Source: Solirubrobacterales bacterium (GTDB taxonomy: Bacteria; Actinomycetota; Thermoleophilia; Solirubrobacterales; 70-9). From it: a stretch of 64,000 nucleotides of DNA. Made by a program: the position numbers and the translations under genes. The stretch spans positions 882 to 64,881 of the forward strand of contig JBJMKM010000099.1 in the NCBI GenBank assembly GCA_045805825.1, given 5' to 3'. Position 1 is the first letter of the stretch. Each line of letters begins with the position of its first letter. This document shows, piece by piece, positions 9,679-16,694 of this stretch. The notes beneath the pieces are model-generated. The model was not told where the DNA came from, made no database searches, and saw only the letters and a list, made by a program, of their open reading frames with translations.

Positions 9679-10074
9679 CTATTTCGTTTGCCCAGTGGCT
9701 TCGAGCGCTTCGTCGACGTCGTCGTAGATCGTCCAACGGGTGATCTGGTCGCCCTCCACGTCGAAGAGCATCGCGAAACGGTTCTCCCAGGCAACGCCAC
9801 TTTGCTTGCCACGCCCCGCCTGGGTGCTGATCACCATCACCCGGTCGTCGAGGTCTCGCATCTCCTCGACGCTCTCTCGCCATCCCTCCCAGGTACCAAT
9901 CCACTGGGCGACGGTGGTTGCCAGTGCCTCGCGCCCGTGCGCAATTCCGCCATCCACGCGATGGCTTGCGTCCAGCACGACACCAGGATCGAAGTAGCCC
10001 ATGGTCGACTCGATGTCACCACGGTCAAAGGCCTCGTACATCCGGCGCACGATTTCGACGTTCGCCCGCGACAT
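9679..10074 (-). CDS. SnoaL-like / NTF2 family protein
   Basis: 131 aa, MSRANVEIVRRMYEAFDRGDIE...; paralogous to 14870..15433 and 55724..56125 (shared ...DD.EAL.A.G C-terminus). Confidence 0.75.
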   Translation of the reverse strand: MSRANVEIVRRMYEAFDRGDIESTMGYFDPGVVLDASHRVDGGIAHGREALATTVAQWIGTWEGWRESVEEMRDLDDRVMVISTQAGRGKQSGVAWENRFAMLFDVEGDQITRWTIYDDVDEALEATGQTK

Positions 10075-10109
10075 CGCACGCAGTATCTCGCTCTAGGCGC
10101 GCGTTCGGA

Positions 10110-10135
10110 GTTTTTGAACAGCCGGGGCTGGGTAG
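10110..10135 (+). promoter_or_regulatory. Candidate SigB/SigF-type stress promoter upstream of the CsbD-like gene
   Basis: GTTT (10110-10113), 16 nt, GGGTAG (10130-10135) resembles the GTTT-N14-17-GGGTA(T/C) consensus. It sits about 135 nt upstream of a general-stress-type gene. Motif match only. Confidence 0.3.
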
Positions 10136-10273
10136 GAGCCTTCTCCATACCGGGAGCGCTACTCGGGACGCTGGAGCGCGAGCGGTGTGGAGCCGGGGAG
10201 CCTCGAGCCGTACTCCTCGAGAGGCCCTTTCTACGGGCCGCGTTATTCGTACCACCACACGAAGGGACTTCAT

Positions 10274-10783
10274 ATGACGGATTCGAACGCCTCCGAGCGC
10301 ACAACAGGAGGCCTGGTAGGCAAGGCTGTAGGCAAGGCCAAGGAGCTCGCCGGCGAGACCGCCGGCAAAGACGAGTTGGCTCGAGAAGGACGACTGCAGC
10401 AGGAAAAGGTCGATGCGGCGCAGGACGCGCTCCGCGAGCGCCGCGAAGCTGAACAGGCCGAGCAGGAGGCCCAACTCGAGCGCGAGAAGGCCGAGACGCG
10501 GCAGGAGCGTCAAGAGCTCGAGGCGGAGGTCGAGCGGCGCCGTGCGGAGGAGTCCGCCGAACGCGATCGTCGGACAGCCGAGCAGCGAGCTCAAAGTGCG
10601 GCCAGCGAGGAGGTTGGCGACGCCAAGGCGGCGGAGCGAAACGAGCAGGCCATCGCCGAGCAGCGCGAGGAACGCGCTGAGTCCGACGCAGAGCGCAAGG
10701 ACGAACAGGCGGCGCGGTTGGAACAGGAGGCGCGGCGAAAAGAGGCAGAGGCGGCCACGATCGAAGACGAGGAGCGGCGATGA
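10274..10783 (+). CDS. CsbD-like general stress protein with long E/R/A/Q-rich coiled-coil tail
   Basis: ATG 10274 preceded by GAAGGGA. N-terminus GGLVGKAVGKAKELAGETAGKDELAREGRLQQ is CsbD-like. The remainder is charged low-complexity helix. The stop overlaps the next start (ATGA). Confidence 0.65.
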   Translation: MTDSNASERTTGGLVGKAVGKAKELAGETAGKDELAREGRLQQEKVDAAQDALRERREAEQAEQEAQLEREKAETRQERQELEAEVERRRAEESAERDRRTAEQRAQSAASEEVGDAKAAERNEQAIAEQREERAESDAERKDEQAARLEQEARRKEAEAATIEDEERR

Positions 10784-11481
10784 CCCTGAACACGATCCCC
10801 AGAACACTGGTCAGCGGGGCGCTCACGGTGGTGCGCCTACCCGCCGACGGGCTATTGCTCGTTGCGGGCCGAGGCAGGCTAGGCAGTTCGCTGCGATTCG
10901 CCCTCGACCGCGGCGACGCCGGCCTTCGCGCCGCCGCGGGGACGCTCCTTCGCGATGACGCGCTGGTGGACGACGCACACCGTCGCCGGCAAGCGGCGCA
11001 GGAGCGTGAGCAGGCGGTTCGGCTGCACAGCCGCGCCGAGGAACTGAATGCCGAGGCGCAGACGGAGGTCCGGGAAGCGAAGGTCGAAGCTCAGCGTAAG
11101 CGGGACACCGCTGCCAAGCGAGCGAAGGAACGAGAGCAGAAGGCTCGCCAACGCGCGGAGCGCACCAAACAGGGCGCAGCGGAGGTCACCGACAAGCGCA
11201 AGTCAACCGCGCGAAAGGACTCCGCGAGGAAGCAGGACAAAGCCGAGGAAAAGGCGCAGGAGGATCGCCTCGAGGCGCTCGATAAAAAGGCCGAGTCGCT
11301 CGCCGAAAAGGAGGAAGCGCTGGCCGCCACCGACGAGGCACGGCGGCTGAAGGATGCCACGGCGAAGGCCAAGGAGCAGCGCAAGCAAGGCAACGGTGGC
11401 GGTGGCTCCCGTTCTCGGTCGACCGGGTCGAGGGCTAATGGAGCCCCCGGCACCCCAGGCCGTTCCCCGGAGCGCGACTAG
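10780..11481 (+). CDS. Hypothetical coiled-coil protein (K/E/R/A-rich), translationally coupled to the CsbD-like gene
   Basis: 233-aa ORF with a hydrophobic N-terminal segment, a long charged helix and a Gly/Ser-rich tail. No recognisable domain. Confidence 0.5.
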   Translation: MTLNTIPRTLVSGALTVVRLPADGLLLVAGRGRLGSSLRFALDRGDAGLRAAAGTLLRDDALVDDAHRRRQAAQEREQAVRLHSRAEELNAEAQTEVREAKVEAQRKRDTAAKRAKEREQKARQRAERTKQGAAEVTDKRKSTARKDSARKQDKAEEKAQEDRLEALDKKAESLAEKEEALAATDEARRLKDATAKAKEQRKQGNGGGGSRSRSTGSRANGAPGTPGRSPERD

Positions 11482-11508
11482 AAGACCCGTTACTCGCGGG
11501 ATGTGCGA

Positions 11509-11622
11509 CTAGCTGTTCGGCAGCGAGAAGCCGGCGACCAGGATGATCACAGTCCAGACGTTGACGGAGATCAGCGCGGCGAGGCTTCCGAGTCCGATTC
11601 GTGTGAAGACCGAGGCACTCAC
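11509..11622 (-). CDS. Possible 37-aa hydrophobic micro-protein
   Basis: My translation from GTG 11622 gives VSASVFTRIGLGSLAALISVNVWTVIILVAGFSLPNS*. The start overlaps the GST stop by 4 nt (GTGA). One predicted TM helix. No homology evidence. Confidence 0.2.
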   Translation of the reverse strand: MSASVFTRIGLGSLAALISVNVWTVIILVAGFSLPNS

Positions 11623-12257
11623 CCGTCGTAGATCGAGCGGCTCGCGCCGAGCCTGGCGTTGCCGGGAAAGCTCTCGAGGTCGTTCATGAAGCGCGGTTGT
11701 TCGTGCACCCGATCGAGCCAGCGTTGAATCGCCGGAAAGCGCGCCATCTCGATCCCGCCCTCGTCGGCGACATGGACGTAGCCGAACAGAGCAAGGTCCG
11801 CCAAGGTGTACGAGTCCCCGACCAGGAAGTCGTCCTCGCTCAGGCGACCCTCGAGCACCTTAAGGGCCTGGACGCTGGGGCCCTTCGGGGCGCTCCCGGC
11901 GTCGACCCGGCCGGTGCCGACCAGGAACCTGAGCCCGCCGACCGTCGGGTAGACCGACGACTGCTCGAAAAACAGCCAGCGGTATACCTGGGCCCGCTCG
12001 ATGGGATCGTCGGGAAGGAGTGAGGTCCCCTCGGCGAGGTGGAGAAGAATCGCTCCCGATTCGACGAGGTACTCGCCGTCGTCCGTCTCCAGCACCGGGA
12101 CCCTGCGGCCGGGATTGATCTGGGCGTACTCGTCCGTGAGGGTATCGCCGCCGAAGATGTCGACCGGAACCCGCTCGTACTTCTTCCCGAGCTGAGCGAG
12201 TAGAAGGCGGACCTTGTAGCAGTTGGGTGAGGGCGCGTAGTCGTAGAGCCGCATCAA
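11619..12257 (-). CDS. Glutathione S-transferase family protein
   Basis: MRLYDYAPSPNCYKVRLLLAQLG..YE.V.VD...G....EY..INP.RRVPVLE.DDG..L.ES.AIL.HL: thioredoxin-like GST N-domain plus helical C-domain. Confidence 0.85.
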   Translation of the reverse strand: MMRLYDYAPSPNCYKVRLLLAQLGKKYERVPVDIFGGDTLTDEYAQINPGRRVPVLETDDGEYLVESGAILLHLAEGTSLLPDDPIERAQVYRWLFFEQSSVYPTVGGLRFLVGTGRVDAGSAPKGPSVQALKVLEGRLSEDDFLVGDSYTLADLALFGYVHVADEGGIEMARFPAIQRWLDRVHEQPRFMNDLESFPGNARLGASRSIYDG

Positions 12258-12259
12258 CG

Positions 12260-13267
12260 ATGGACTTTATGTTCGTAGACTCGCTCGCGTGGATGGCGGC
12301 CGCATCAGATAGTCCAACCGGGCTCGTTTTCCGACACCGGACTACGACGCGAGTCCTGTGGGGCGTACTCGGGATTCTCCTCGCGGCCCAGGCGCTTCAC
12401 GAGGTGATCGGGTTCGGTCCGGGGCTCGACAGTTTCTTCAACGTAGGCGTCTTCGATTTCCTGATTCTGTGCTCGGCGAGCATCTGCCTGCTGCGAGCCG
12501 CCACGATCCGCCATTTGCGCGCAGCGTGGGGCCTCCTGGCCCTTTCGCTCGTCTCTTTCGGGATCGGAAGCGCGGTCTGGAGCATTTACTACGCCGACGT
12601 GCAGCCACAACCGTTCCCGACGGCCACCGACGGCTTCTGGCTCGCCTATTACGTCTTGGCGATCGGGGGACTGGTGCTGCTCGCGCGCGACCGAATCATA
12701 GGTTTCGACCTGCAGCGATGGATCGACGGGGTCGCGGTCGCGCTCATCGCCGCGACGCCGCTGGTGGGGCTGGTCTTGCACCCGATGGTGGAGGAGGGTG
12801 GGCAGGGGACCACCTTGGCGCGAGTCGTGGAGTTCGCCTACCCGATCGCCGACATCCTGCTGCTCGGGGCGTTGCTCGGCATCGCCGCTCTGACCGGCTG
12901 GCGCCCCGGGAGAACCTGGCTTCTGCTCGGCGCGGGGCTCGCCGTGTTCGGGATCGCCGACTCGATCAGCGCCGTGCAGTTCGTAGACGGCACCTTCGAG
13001 TTCGGCGAGTACAACTATCTGTGGTCGGCCGGCGCACTACTGATCGCCTACGCCGCATGGCAGCCGGATCCGCATCCCTCCCGCCCCGCCCAGCTCACCG
13101 GCTGGAAGGCGATCGTCCTACCGATCACGTGCCAGCTGATCGCGGCCGGGATCCAGTTCTACGTCCTCTTCGTCGCTGAGATTCCGGAGAGCGAGCGGGT
13201 GATCGCCCTGCTGATCTTGGCGCTGGTCATCGTGCAACTCTGGGTAAGCCGCCCGCGGGCCCGATAG
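12260..13267 (+). CDS. Integral membrane protein (about 9-10 TM helices), function unknown
   Basis: Long hydrophobic ORF. I prefer ATG 12260 because the track start 12227 overlaps the divergent GST start. No output domain is recognisable. Confidence 0.55.
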   Translation: MDFMFVDSLAWMAAASDSPTGLVFRHRTTTRVLWGVLGILLAAQALHEVIGFGPGLDSFFNVGVFDFLILCSASICLLRAATIRHLRAAWGLLALSLVSFGIGSAVWSIYYADVQPQPFPTATDGFWLAYYVLAIGGLVLLARDRIIGFDLQRWIDGVAVALIAATPLVGLVLHPMVEEGGQGTTLARVVEFAYPIADILLLGALLGIAALTGWRPGRTWLLLGAGLAVFGIADSISAVQFVDGTFEFGEYNYLWSAGALLIAYAAWQPDPHPSRPAQLTGWKAIVLPITCQLIAAGIQFYVLFVAEIPESERVIALLILALVIVQLWVSRPRAR

Positions 13268-13309
13268 GAATAGCGTCTCCTTCAGTGCCTCGCGCGGAGA
13301 TCAGACACA

Positions 13310-13374
13310 ACGCACGCATAGTGGGCCGAATGCGGCTCGCGGCATGAGTGCTGCTTTTCGCGCGAGGGAGGAGC
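13310..13374. repeat. Intergenic repeat family, copy A (module 2)
   Basis: ACGCACGCATAGTGG...CTGCTTTTCGCGCGA.G.AGGAGC aligns over 65 nt with 15557-15621. First 15 nt and a central 15 nt are identical. Confidence 0.7.
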
Positions 13375-13410
13375 GCCCGACCGGGGCGGGCCCCGGCCGC
13401 ACCCATGGAG

Positions 13411-13890
13411 TCAGCTGAGCCGCTCGGCCAGTCCGACGATGATGCCCTCAGGGCCACGCAGGAAGCAGAGCCGGTAGATGTCCTCGTACTGCGCGATCTC
13501 GCCGACGAGTTCGGCACCGTGGCTGCGCAGGCGGGCAACGACATCGTCGATGTCGTCGACAGCGAACATGATGCGCCCGATGCCCAGCGTGTTCGCCGGC
13601 GCCTTTGCCGGCTCGGCTCTGACCGCCGACGGCGTGTGGAACTTCGACAGCTCGATCCGGCCGTGGCCGTCCGGGGTCCGCATCATGGCGTTCGTGGCGC
13701 GGACGCCGTCGAGCCCGACGGTCTGGTCCACCCACGGCCCCTCGACCGTGATCTCGCCTTCCAGCTCCATACCGAGTTCGGCGAAGAACGCCTTGGCGGC
13801 CTCGAGGTCCCCGACGACGATGAGGACGTTGTCCATCCGCTGAAGCGTCACGTTCGCGGAGCATAGGGTCGGATGTTCGGGCTGGTCCAT
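13411..13890 (-). CDS. VOC / glyoxalase-bleomycin resistance family protein
   Basis: MDNVLIVVGDLEAAKAFFAELGMELEGE... and a second beta-alpha-beta module RIMFAVDDIDDVVARLRSHGAE. The start may be ATG 13836 rather than 13890. Confidence 0.75.
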   Translation of the reverse strand: MDQPEHPTLCSANVTLQRMDNVLIVVGDLEAAKAFFAELGMELEGEITVEGPWVDQTVGLDGVRATNAMMRTPDGHGRIELSKFHTPSAVRAEPAKAPANTLGIGRIMFAVDDIDDVVARLRSHGAELVGEIAQYEDIYRLCFLRGPEGIIVGLAERLS

Positions 13891-13903
13891 ACTCGGGGCC
13901 TAT

Positions 13904-14245
13904 ATGCCCGTCCCGCTGATTGAGTTTCCCGCTGACGATCCCGATCGCGCTCGCCGCTTCTGGCGCGGTGTGCTGGGCACCGAGCTCGTGCCCAGACCCC
14001 CAGAAGCCGGCTCGGGGTGGGAAGCCGAGGGCGAGGGCTTGCGCCTCGGAGTGCACGCGCGCGGGCCGGGCCCTGGCGACACGGCCGCCCTCCCCTACTT
14101 CACCGTCGCCGACCTGCCGGCAGCACTCGCGCGCGTCCGCGACCACGGCGGTTCGGTCATCCATCCCGGCGAACGGTGGGCGATCTGCCGGGATTCCGAG
14201 GGCAGCCCTTTTGCCCTGGCCGCCTCGCCTCCGGACACTCGGTGA
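13904..14245 (+). CDS. Small VOC/glyoxalase-like protein
   Basis: 113 aa, LIEFPADDPDRARRFWRGVLG...LPYFTVADLPAALARVRDHGGSV. Divergent from the previous VOC gene with only 13 nt between the outer starts. Confidence 0.6.
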   Translation: MPVPLIEFPADDPDRARRFWRGVLGTELVPRPPEAGSGWEAEGEGLRLGVHARGPGPGDTAALPYFTVADLPAALARVRDHGGSVIHPGERWAICRDSEGSPFALAASPPDTR

Positions 14246-14410
14246 GGCCCTAACCTGGGTAGCCGGGAGGCACCGGCAAGAATTCCCGTCGGCTCCTGCA
14301 CGGGACGCATCGTCGCGCTCCCAGCCGGGGGTGCGCGGAGCGGATGTGCCTGATGACCTAACGCTTCCGGCCTCGCGCGAGGAGGCGGCCTGATTGGCGG
14401 CTGAGAACGG

Positions 14411-14647
14411 TCAGTGTCGGCCCAGCGCCGTCGCTCCGGTGCCCGTGTTCGTACTGGTCAGCTGCAGCGCTTTACCGGCGAAAGAGGGAGAAGCGGTGAG
14501 CGAGGTCTGACTGCCGGCGGTGTTCGGCTTGCCGAGGATGAAGTTGCCAACGGTCGCAGCGTACGCGGTGCCGCCGAGGGCGACGAACAGAGCGGCCAAC
14601 GAAACGACGTTCGCGAACGTCAACTGACCACGAATCCACTGACGCAT
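14411..14647 (-). CDS. Small membrane-anchored or secreted hypothetical protein (78 aa)
   Basis: ATG 14647 preceded by AGGGAGG. MRQWIRGQLTFANVVSLAALFVALGGTAYAATVGNF... is a signal/anchor followed by a Thr/Ser/Gly-rich tail. The longer track ORF has no support. Confidence 0.5.
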   Translation of the reverse strand: MRQWIRGQLTFANVVSLAALFVALGGTAYAATVGNFILGKPNTAGSQTSLTASPSFAGKALQLTSTNTGTGATALGRH

Positions 14648-14806
14648 CAGGTACCTCCCTATTGGTCGGACGGAGGCTAGGCACGTCGGCGAGTCCGGTA
14701 GGGCTGGTCGGCGACCAGGAACTGCTAGTAGACACGGCCCTAAACGATTCGCCCGGCCCTGCGTGTGTGATTTGCACCGGACCGCCCGGGCGTGGTAGTG
14801 ACGGAC

Positions 14807-14854
14807 ATAGCGGGGCGGGATTCGTTTCTCGCTACGACGCACGGATCTTGGAGC
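14807..14854. repeat. Intergenic repeat family, copy B (module 1)
   Basis: ATAG.CGGG...GATTCGTTTCTCGCTACGACGCACG.AT..TGGAGC aligns with 15527-15574. 23 nt are identical (14821-14843 = 15541-15563). Confidence 0.75.
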
Positions 14855-14869
14855 TGGTGCACCTCCGCG

Positions 14870-15433
14870 TCACTTTCGCAGCCCGGCGGCTTGGAGGGCC
14901 TCGCTGCGATCGAGGTAGTTCCTGACCTCTACAACCGACCCCTCGTGAAGCGTGCTGATCGCCGCAGTGTCCGTCTCCACGACGATGCCGCTTCTGCGTC
15001 CCCGAGCGACCTCGTGGACGAAGACGATCAGCTGATCACCGGTGTCGATGATCTCCTCCGGCCTCAGTTCGAGTCGATCCCAGGTGTCGTAGTAGTCCCG
15101 AAACGCTTCAACGACCTCAGCGCGGCCCCGGAGGACGCGTCCCTCATCCAGTCCCCCGACCGCTCCGTGCCACTCGACATCGGGGTCGTAGAGGTTCCCC
15201 AAGGCCGCCTCGAAGTCACCCCGCCGAAGAGCCGAGAACCCGCGACAGACTGTCCGCGCCAACACCCGCTGTCGAACCTTCGAGCTTGGGGGAAGGCGGG
15301 ATACCCGCACCGTCAGTGCGGTGGCGATCGCCGGAAAGCGAGTCGCGATCCGCTCGTCAAGGCTGCGGCGTGGTTGTTCGCCGCACTTGAGACGCTGGCG
15401 GTAAGCGCTCGACTCAACATTTTTCTGCGACAT
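14870..15433 (-). CDS. SnoaL-like / NTF2 family protein with about 60-aa N-terminal extension
   Basis: C-terminal 120 aa (RRGDFEAALGNLYDPDVEWH...VEVRNYLDRSEALQAAGL) is paralogous to 9679..10074 and 55724..56125. The first seven codons (MSQKNVE) and the leader resemble those of 9679..10074 (MSRANVE). Confidence 0.7.
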   Translation of the reverse strand: MSQKNVESSAYRQRLKCGEQPRRSLDERIATRFPAIATALTVRVSRLPPSSKVRQRVLARTVCRGFSALRRGDFEAALGNLYDPDVEWHGAVGGLDEGRVLRGRAEVVEAFRDYYDTWDRLELRPEEIIDTGDQLIVFVHEVARGRRSGIVVETDTAAISTLHEGSVVEVRNYLDRSEALQAAGLRK

Positions 15434-15472
15434 CGGCTACGCAGTATCTCGCGCTGCACAGGGCCGGATAAG

Positions 15473-15621
15473 GACTTCTGCTTTCGCTTGAAAGCGGAGG
15501 TGATTCGTGCATTTCCCTGAAAACCGATAGGCGGGCCCGATTCGTTTCTCGCTACGACGCACGCATAGTGGAGCGACTGTCGCTCGGAGTTTGACTTCTG
15601 CTTTTCGCGCGAAGCAGGAGC
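15473..15621. repeat. Intergenic repeat family, composite copy C (hairpin module, module 1, module 2)
   Basis: 15473-15502 (GACTTCTGCTTTCGCTTGAAAGCGGAGGTG) and 15593-15622 (GACTTCTGCTTTTCGCGCGAAGCAGGAGCC) are similar hairpins. 15527-15574 matches copy B and 15557-15621 matches copy A. Confidence 0.75.
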
Positions 15622-15679
15622 CGCAATTGTCATGACCCGGCCCGAGTGAAACGATGGGCGCTGAGCGATCCGGCGGATA

Positions 15680-16198
15680 GTGCCTTTGTCGATGCCGATG
15701 CGCGAACTGCCTTACGTCGATCCCAAGCGCCGTCACGGTGCCATTTACCGCGCCTACGCGCGGCTCGCCGGGACACGTCCAATGGGCTGGTTTTCGAGCA
15801 AGATCGTCTGGAGGCTGGACCCGTTTCTCATGGGGCTCACCGGAGGCCGCCTGAGCATGGGCTGGCCGCTCCCAACGGCGCTACTGGAGACACGAGGACG
15901 GCGCACCGGGCAGCTGCGCCGCAACGGGGTCATCTACTTTCACGACGGCAACCACGTGATCATCATCGCGTCGAAGCTCGGCCTGCCGCAACATCCGGCG
16001 TGGTTTCACAACCTTCGCGTCAATCCCGATGTGTCGCTCGGTGGTCAGCCATTTCGCGCAGAGATCGTCGAGGACGAGTCCGAGCGATCACGACTGTGGC
16101 AACTCGCCGATCGCGTCTTCGCTCCGTACGGTGCCTACCGCCGACGCGCGGCTCGCGCCGGCCGCAGCATCCCCATCGTTCAGCTCGCTTCTCGCTAA
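15680..16198 (+). CDS. Nitroreductase-family deazaflavin (F420)-dependent oxidoreductase (DUF385/Ddn-like)
   Basis: ...LMGLTGGRLSMGWPLPTALLETRGRRTGQLRRNGVIYFHDGNHVIIIASKLGLPQHPAWFHNLRVNPDV...R.W. matches the split-barrel F420H2 reductase pattern. Start is GTG 15680, ATG 15692 or ATG 15698. Confidence 0.75.
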   Translation: MPLSMPMRELPYVDPKRRHGAIYRAYARLAGTRPMGWFSSKIVWRLDPFLMGLTGGRLSMGWPLPTALLETRGRRTGQLRRNGVIYFHDGNHVIIIASKLGLPQHPAWFHNLRVNPDVSLGGQPFRAEIVEDESERSRLWQLADRVFAPYGAYRRRAARAGRSIPIVQLASR

Positions 16199-16393
16199 CC
16201 GGTCACATGGCGCGTGCCAGGCACGCCATTACGCTCGGCGAGCCAGCAGCAACGGGGTGGCTCCTTCGCAAGCAGCAGCAGGCGTACCTACCCCCGCCCG
16301 GGGCTATCTCGAGCATCATCCGTTGTGCCCTCTCGCTTGCTTGCAAGTGAATCTGGCGAGCCCCCGCGCGTCACCTCGGCCAGAGTCGCCATA

Positions 16394-16417
16394 CAGAGAA
16401 GCCCGCCGCAACGGGCT
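16394..16417 (-). terminator. Hairpin plus T-rich tail immediately 3' of the tRNA-like relic
   Basis: Minus strand AGCCCG-TTGCGG-CGGGCT followed by TCTCTGT. Same arrangement as the terminator after the intact tRNA-fMet. Confidence 0.35.
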
Positions 16418-16426
16418 AATCCTGAA

Positions 16427-16506
16427 TAGCGGGGGCGGGATTTGAACCCGCGACGTTTGGGTTATGAGATGGCCATACGCCGGATTGAGGGCTGCTCCCG
16501 GCCGCT
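16427..16506 (-). pseudogene. Decayed tRNA-Met(CAT)-like relic
   Basis: Sense strand AGCGGCCGGGAGCAG...CTCATAACCCAAACGTCGCGGGTTCAAATCCCGCCCCCGCTA. The 3' 42 nt match the intact tRNA-fMet at 37 positions, with a compensated T-stem (GCGGG/CCCGC versus GCAGG/CCTGC). The D-arm and anticodon stem cannot pair and the acceptor has 2 mismatches. Confidence 0.6.
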
Positions 16507-16694
16507 CCCAAGCATGGTGAAGTGCTCTCGGATTAGCTGGGATTCGCTCAGTTTGGTACCACGGCTCGTACCAGCAGCACTCGCGCCGACCTTGGCCCGC
16601 TCGCTGGTTGACGACGCAGGCTGACATCCGAAGGCACCGCGACCAGGGGCATCTGGGCGGGGTGGGCCGCTGCGCCGCACGTACCATCCTAGGC

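Noticed and set aside
14246-14410. GC-rich palindrome CCTCGCGCGAGG within GGCCTCGCGCGAGGAGGCGGCC, between the convergent VOC gene and the small secreted-protein gene.
   Set aside because: It is probably just a bidirectional terminator-like hairpin without U-tracts. It is not repeated elsewhere in the window and has no further structure.
16427-16694. Considered whether the tRNA-like 3' end at 16427 belongs to a tmRNA, or whether a glycine or lysine riboswitch precedes the DAO oxidase gene.
   Set aside because: No GGGG...5' acceptor partner or tag-ORF-like region lies upstream. The CTCATAA anticodon-loop homology points to tRNA-Met ancestry. The stretch ATCCGAAGGCACCGCGACCAGGGGCATC only vaguely resembles glycine-riboswitch cores, and I cannot build the conserved helices.
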